A stretch of DNA of 64,000 nt from Thraustochytrium aureum. Taxonomy: Eukaryota. Each line of letters opens with the position of its first letter. The first letter of the stretch is position 1. Below the pieces are notes generated by a model that was given only the letters and a program-made list of their open reading frames with translations, was not told the DNA's origin and did no database searches. This document shows, in pieces, positions 57,561 through 64,000 of the stretch. The position numbers and the translations under genes were made by a program. The DNA lies in NCBI GenBank assembly GCA_012862495.1, contig BLSG01000153.1:1-64000 (forward strand). Reading direction: 5' to 3'.

Positions 57561-60500
57561 TCACACAACCAAGAGGTCCATGCGCGGGTCGTCGATCGTC
57601 AAGAAGCGCCCAGTCGCCTTGACGTGGTTCATAAACGCACGCCAGAGCTTGGACGAGGCCAAGGCCCGCTCCTGACCTAGCACAACAAGCATGAATTTGG
57701 CGCGCGTGACCGCCACGTTGAGGCGGCGGGCGTCGTTCAGAAACCCAATGCCGACGCGGCGGCCGCCGCTGCCGCTCCCATCGTCTGCGGGCGCCGCGCG
57801 CACGCAAGACATGATGATAACGTCAAACTCGCGTCCTTGATACCCGTCCACAGTGTTGAGGTCAAGCATGGGGTCTCCCAGGTAATTCCTACTGCGGAAG
57901 CGCGACTTGAGGAGTTCGAGCTGGTCGCGGTACGGAGTAATGATCCCGATCCCAATGCGGGAACCCCGGTTTGCGGGATCCCTTGGGGCCGCCTGCCGCT
58001 TCTCCTTCCGCAGACGCCCACTGGACCCTCGTCCGGAGCGTCTCGTAAATGTTGAGCGCAAGTTCCGCCTCGAGCTCGTTGCGGTACGACATTTGCGCCT
58101 TGGACTCGCGGCTACTGGAGAGGTTGTAAAAGGTGAGCGGGTAAAACGCGAACGGCCTTGGGTCCGCGAAAGGCAGCACGTACTCGGGCCGCGTGACCAC
58201 CTCGCCGTCGTGGAGCAAGCCGCCATAAAAGCGCTTGGCGGGAAAAGCCGAAATCAGCGGGTTGCACCGGTACTGCGTGTCGAGAAGGTACGACGAGTGG
58301 CCCGCGGTCTGCAGCCGCTCGAATAGGCTCTGCTGGTAGAATCGCGCCTGCACCCTGTCGGAGAGCACCGTAGCGGGGAGCTGCTTGGGGTCGCCCACAA
58401 GCACACAGTGCTCGACGCCATGCTGCAGCGGGACCAGGATGCTCGGCTCGGTGGCCTGCGCGGCCTCGTCTACCACAGCAACCTCAAACTTGAACCGGTT
58501 CCCGAGGTCGACAATCTGCTGCAGCGCGCTCGAGCTCAGCGTGACGAAGACGATGTGCGCCTGCTCTAGTACCGACTCGCGCAGCTTGGCGCGCATTTCG
58601 CCTCGGTTTCGGCAACCAAGCACGATGCGACAGCGGCCGAGCTCGAGGCGGGTCTGCTCGAGCTTCTCGCGCGCCTGCATGTAGAAGGACGTGTTGCCGT
58701 GAAAGCTTGCAAGGGCTTGCTGGCGCTGGTGTTCGCGCAGCGCTTGGTCACTGCGGGCGTCGATGACCTCGTCCACGGAGGCCTCTGCGCCTTCCTATCG
58801 ATGGCGGCCTCATGCTCTAGAGCGGCCTTGTCGTACTCGATGATTTGCTGCGCGCACAGCTTGCACGTAGATTTGAGGTTGGCCATGTCTCGCAGGATGA
58901 CCTTCTCCCGCTCTTCCAAGTACCGGATCCGCGCCGGCATCTTGTCGCCGGCACCCGGCGCCAAGTAGAAGCGGTGGATGAGTTCGTCCACCTGGAACTC
59001 TATGCCGACCTGGTCAAGGCGACCGCCCTGCTGCTGCGCCGCAACGTCCCCGCTGCCCGGCGCGGGGGACTGGCCGCCCTTTCCGCGGCCCACGCGGACG
59101 ATTTTCGGCATGTAAATGTTGCCGGTCCCGTCGCGAAACCCCGTCTTGAGCAGCTTGGCGATCATGCCGTCCACTGCCGTGTTTGAGGGCGCCGTGACCA
59201 AGAGGTGCGGCATCATCTCCGACCTTGTTAATCCCTTGCTTCTCGGGGTCGGGAGGTCCTCTGGCGGGAGCGTCGGGTCGCGGCATGGCAAGATCGAGTC
59301 GTAAAAGCGCTGAAACACGCTCACGTGCAGCATGTTGAGCAGCCCCATGAGCGTGTGCGTCTTGCCCGTCCCAGGCGGGCCTTGGATCAGCGTAAACCCC
59401 TTGGCTGCCACCGCGGTCTGCAAAATCGCCTGCTGCTGGCTCTGGTTAAACTCTGCTCGAAGCCAATGCTCCAGGCTCGCTGTCATTCCGGGTATCCACC
59501 GAGGCTTGTGCGGCTCCGGAGACGCGGCGCCCGCCGGATTTGAATCTGGGAAATCCTTGCTGCCCTCTGCTCGGCCAAACATCTCACCGTCCGGCTGTGC
59601 TCCTGCTGTCGCCGCAGAGGACGAGGGCGCGGCGCCGGCGCCGCGTCGTCGTCGTCGTCGTCAAGGATCAATACGTCGGGACGCAGCGCCGTGGATCCGA
59701 CTTTGCTGCTCTGCACGACGCCGCCGGAAGGCAGCTGAACTGGAGCGGGTGTCTCCAGATCCTCGCCCTTGAGCAGAACGTTGAGAAGCTGCTGCGAGGT
59801 TCCACTGGTCCCGACCGCCTGCGCCATTGCGTCATACTCGCGCCACGCGGTGATCGAGTTGGCCAGTTTCCAGCCAAACACCGTTTTCGGCGGCGAAGGC
59901 TTGTCGAGAAAGGCGACCTCGACTTGCGCGATTATGTCGAACGAGGTCCCCGAGGGATCGACGTTGCGCGGCTTGCGCCGGAAAAACGTCTGGACCCCAG
60001 ACTCGACGAGGCCGAGCCAGTGCGAGGTCGCCAGCGTGCGCTTGGCGTTGGGTTTGGCTTTGCTCTGCTCTTGCCAAAACTCGGGCGAGCTCGCGAAGAG
60101 CAAATAGTCGCCCGTCCCGAGGTCGGAAGGTAGAGCGACGTCTCGCTTGCGCAGCTTGAGCCGCTGCAGCGCCGCGGCCTCGGCCTCGCGGACCACTGCG
60201 AAACGGTCCCGCTTGAATTGGCTCTCCTTGTCGGACACCCCAGCTGCGCTGGCGCAGCTAAAGGTGTGTATCACAAACTCGACGCGCCGCATCCGCGTCG
60301 CTTTCCGCCGCGAGCGGGTCGCCTCCGCTGTGTCGGGGGACTGAGCCATCTCGAGCGCAGCGAGCTCGCGCTCCGTTTCGAGCGCACTGATTTCGGCGCG
60401 CGACAGCGCTTGCGCAGCTCCAAGCGAAGGCACGGCAGACCCGGGGCCGCCTGCGCTCAAGGTAGCGCGCTTTTTCCCTCGCGGGCCCTCCGTGGCGCCC

Positions 60501-61122
60501 TCCTTGGGCTCAAAGACGACTCCGGCGATGGGGATGGCCGCTTGGCGCACCTTGCCGCTTCGAATCGTCGAGCGCGCCTCCTCGAGCGCCTCCTCCAGGA
60601 GCAGCGGGATGAAGACTTCGGCGTACTCTTGCGTTGAGCGAAAAGAGATTGGAACGTCGCGCAGCTTTCCGGCCTCCCCGACGTGCAGCGTCATGGCGCT
60701 ATCCGATTCTCGAAGGAAGCCCCCCCCGCAGTCCTTGGCGCCCTCTGCACCTGTGCTCGCACCGCTGCAGCTGCCGGTCGCGGGGCTAGTCTTGCCGACT
60801 CCAGCCGCTGGCGCGTCTGGCCCGGTTGCGCTCTCCCCGGGTTGGCGTCCGCGACCCCCGCGAGCCTTGGGCTCTTCCGGCAAGAAGACGTCCGCGGACA
60901 GCATGTGCGAGGCAAAGCTCGCAGTCCGCACGGGCATCCATGGCGCAGTCGCGAGGCCGGTCCCGGGCGCGCCATCCACAACGATGCGCTTCTTCGGCCT
61001 TTTGAACTTGCGCGGCGTCGCGTTTTCACTCTCGGCGGCGGGCGGCGCTCTCGCGGCAGCCACGAGCTTGGCCACCACCACCTGGGCACGGGGTCTGCGC
61101 CTCGCGTGGCCTTGCGTTTCAT
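57561..61122 (-). CDS. Sen1/senataxin-like superfamily 1 (Upf1-like) helicase, several frameshifts
   Basis: FNQSQQQAI, LIQGPPGTGKT, APSNTAVD, VDEAAQ, LVGDPKQLP, SLFERL, QYR, IITPY, TVDGYQGRE and RRLNVAVTRAK, across four ORFs. Confidence 0.88.
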
Positions 61123-62687
61123 GCTGCCCGGCTCTCGAGCGGCGTCCAACCCACCGCGACGTTCGTTCGTCCGCGCGGGCGGGGTCTGCGCAGGTGTCCG
61201 GGGCGCCCAGCGAAGGGCGTTGGAATCCCCGCGAGCGAACCCGCGAGACCGTGCCGTGCCCGCGCGGCGGTGGCGCCCGAAGCGCCGCGACAAGGCCAGG
61301 TCGAACGCCCGCACACTCTGCTCGCACGCGCTGCCACGGAGGGGAGATGCTGTTCTGCCCGGTCCTCGAGTATGATCGTCGTGTATTCGTGTATGTACAA
61401 GGTGACCTTGCAAGGAGTCCTCGAGGCCGCCTTTTTCGTGCCGATGGCGGTGGAGTCGTGGGCCTGCCGCCACGCTCGCGGCCGTCTCGGCAGCCGCGCG
61501 AAAGCCGCAAGGCAGAGGGCATCGGTGCGCGCAGCTCCGCCAGCACGCGCTTGATCTGGGCGCCCAAGGCTGTGCAGGTCGGAAGCGGCTCGGACTCGTG
61601 ACCGGCCTCGCAGGAGGGAGCTGCCGGCGCTGCTGCATGCGCAGCCGCGCGACGGCGGGGGCAGGGCTTGGTGCTTGGGCTTGGTGCTTGGGCTTGGTGC
61701 TTGGGCTTGGTTTTGGTGAATGCGTGTGCTTGTGGCAGTGGGTTGGCGGCGATACCGATTGGCACAAGCTGATGCTGATAACGCGAACGGACGTCCTGCA
61801 GACGGCCATGAAAACTGGAGCAGAGTTGCTCGGCGCGCTGTGTGCGCGCCGGCGCCGAGCCGATTCAATCGTTTTTTTCAATTGAGGACACAGCGCCGAG
61901 TTGGAAAGATTGGTGTAGACTATGAGTATGTTTACAATGCTGGGTGAACGCCCCTAGGAGCTTGCAGCTGAGTATGTAGGTCCTCGTGTCATGTACCGGT
62001 AGCTACTACCACCCTTGCTCGACGCCGCGGTTGCTTGGAAGCGCGCCCACCGACGAGCCGCGCCGCTCGCCCCGCGCGGCGCAGCGCCTTTCACCAAACC
62101 AGCCCGCCGAATTCCGTTCATCAAGCAACCAGGCGCGCCGCAGCCTCCCGTCTCGCTCATGCGAAGCGCGGCGGTAGGCGCGGGGCCCGTGTGCCCTGGC
62201 TGTCCAAGCGGGCCGCCAAAGGATGGAGTGGCGCGAAGTAGCGGCCTCCTGGGCAAAGCAGGTGTGACAGACAGAAGACAGACAGACAAGAATAGGTCGA
62301 CAGACTTCCACCGCAGTTTACTCCAGACAATCGCAAGACGCCAAGCAAAGCGAAACGCACCTTGCGCGGCGCCCACAGCGAGCACGCCGCCGAGCGCCGG
62401 CGGCCACCGCGGGTGCCCGAGTGTAGCGTTGGCGGCCTCGAACGGCGCGTTTGGGGCGCTGGTGCTCGAAGGTGCACGATTTTGTACGCACGACCAACCT
62501 CTGATTTGTGCTGCTCCTGCTGGTTGCTGCGGGTGGCCAGCTCTGCGCGAGCTGGCCAGGCCCGCAGGCGTGCGCCTTTGCCAGGCGAGCTCGCTAGCTC
62601 GCTAGCTCTCCAGGTCGGAACCGAGTTTGCAGCGCGAGTGCTGTCACCCACCCCTGGCGAGTGCGCGAACGCGCCCTCAGCACAAGT

Positions 62688-64000
62688 ATGGCAAGCCCTG
62701 GCAGCGCAACAGAGGCCGCGGCGCCGCCAGAGCGCAGGCGGCGCGCCGAAGGCAAGGGCTCTGAAGGGGATGGCAAAACAATCCGCAAGCTCTTGGCCGG
62801 TGGCGGCGCTGGCGCCATATCCCGCACGTTGACCGCCCCCCTGGAACGCACCAAAGTCCTCCTGCAGACGCAAGCGGTGTCTAAAGTGCCGCTCGAGCAG
62901 CAGTACAAGGGCATCGCGGACTGCCTCGTGCGCATCCCGCGCGAAGAAGGGTTTGCCGCGTACTGGCGGGGGAACGGCACCAACGTGCTGCGCATCGTGC
63001 CCAACTCTGCGATCAAGTTTGCGAGCTTCTCACGGCTCAAGGAGCTCGCGTTCCCGGACGGGGAGAGCGCGTACGAGGGCAAAGAAAAGTTTTACCGGAA
63101 AATGGTGTGCGGGGGGCTGAGCGGGGTGACCACCATCATCCCGGTGTACCCGCTCGACCTGGCACGTACCCGCCTTAGCGCGGACACGCAGAGACGGTAC
63201 TCTGGCGTGCGGCATTTGTTGCGCACCACGGTCGCGAAAGAAGGCGTTGGGGGGCTGTACAAGGGACTGGGCATCTCGTTGTGCGGAATTATGCCGTACC
63301 TGGCCATCAGTCTATCGACGTACGACACGCTCAAAGACGCGACGCGCGGCGAGGCGCACTGGGAGCACCCCCTCGGCAAGGTGGTGCTGGGCTCGTTCGC
63401 TGCCATCCTTTCGCAGTCGATCGCGTATCCAATCGACACGATTCGCCGCCACATGCAGGTGAGCGGGGCGCTGGGGCAGCAGAAAATGTACAACGGGACG
63501 TTGGACTGCATTCGGAAAATATATGCCTCGAATGGGATGCGCGGGTTTTACAAGGGCCTCTTGGCGAACGCGTCCAGGGCCGCGCCGCAGACTGGGATCG
63601 AGTTTGCGTGCTTTGATGTGATCGCCAGCTTGATCACACAGACGCAGCCTGTGATTGAGAAGCCGTTCCGCGCGCTCTCTGGCGCTGCAGGCCTCGGTCG
63701 CTTCGCGGGCGGCAGCAGCAGCAGCAGCAGTCAGGCTGGCGACGATGGCCCTGACGACGCGGACGGTGACGAGGACGAGGAGGAGGACGCGATTGCTGGG
63801 CGGAGTACTGCTGGCAGGTTAGTTCGGCGGTTTTCGACGACGCTGCCTCGCGCGGAGGAGGAGCGGGTGCATCGGGTTTTTGCTGCTGTAGCGGAGGGCT
63901 GCAACGAATCGGGCGAGATCTCTCGCGCTTGTTTGGAGCGCGCGCTAATAAAGCTTGGCTATGAAGACTATGAGATCGACGGCGTGTTGGGCACAGCGCA
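62688..64000 (+). CDS. Mitochondrial carrier (SLC25, adenine nucleotide/CoA-type) with a C-terminal extension; runs off the window
   Basis: Manual translation from ATG 62688 gives LLAGGGAGAISRTLTAPLERTK, EEGFAAYWRGNGTNVLRIVP, YPLDLARTRL and YPIDTIRRHMQ. No stop occurs before 64000, so it is absent from the ORF track. Confidence 0.9.
   Translation, partial: MASPGSATEAAAPPERRRRAEGKGSEGDGKTIRKLLAGGGAGAISRTLTAPLERTKVLLQTQAVSKVPLEQQYKGIADCLVRIPREEGFAAYWRGNGTNVLRIVPNSAIKFASFSRLKELAFPDGESAYEGKEKFYRKMVCGGLSGVTTIIPVYPLDLARTRLSADTQRRYSGVRHLLRTTVAKEGVGGLYKGLGISLCGIMPYLAISLSTYDTLKDATRGEAHWEHPLGKVVLGSFAAILSQSIAYPIDTIRRHMQVSGALGQQKMYNGTLDCIRKIYASNGMRGFYKGLLANASRAAPQTGIEFACFDVIASLITQTQPVIEKPFRALSGAAGLGRFAGGSSSSSSQAGDDGPDDADGDEDEEEDAIAGRSTAGRLVRRFSTTLPRAEEERVHRVFAAVAEGCNESGEISRACLERALIKLGYEDYEIDGVLGTA

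Noticed and set aside
27233..61122. Calling VPS13, TRMT11, MIPEP and the Sen1-like gene pseudogenes
   Set aside because: Motifs are intact with no in-frame nonsense decay. The breaks fit sequencing indels.
59483..62873. Numerous overlapping Arg/Ala/Pro-rich shadow ORFs here and throughout the window
   Set aside because: Expected from high GC and from antisense frames of real genes. They have no recognisable motifs.

Overview
GC-rich, gene-dense, intron-poor eukaryotic nuclear scaffold with about 14 N-gaps. It is not prokaryotic: it has GT-AG introns, a centromeric histone, kinesin and VPS13. The gene mix (CDPK, AP2, SLAC1-type channel, membrane calpain) and the short 5' introns suggest a stramenopile protist, possibly a thraustochytrid/labyrinthulomycete (inference only). 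About 22 protein genes are recognisable: a tandem dienelactone hydrolase, two EGF+multi-TM receptor-like genes, a SLAC1/TDT channel, a WGR-repeat ATP-dependent DNA ligase, CDPK, Bud32, ARMC1, an IMPase-family phosphatase, CenH3, ALDH3, a TPR-GT41 glycosyltransferase, VPS13, an AP2 factor, TRMT11, MIP peptidase, a DEK1-like membrane calpain, a small Cys-string membrane protein, kinesin-6, a Sen1-like helicase, a mitochondrial carrier and a coiled-coil hypothetical. Many genes carry frameshifts, mostly one missing base and often at a homopolymer, which are probably sequencing errors. No tRNA, rRNA, CRISPR array or transposase was seen. The most unusual items are the triple-WGR viral/phage-style ligase, the EGF-'DCHI'-TM gene pair, the membrane calpain with catalytic Asn->Asp, the carrier with a C-terminal EF-hand-like tail, the DysF insert in VPS13, and a recurrent CTAG-rich motif at gene ends.
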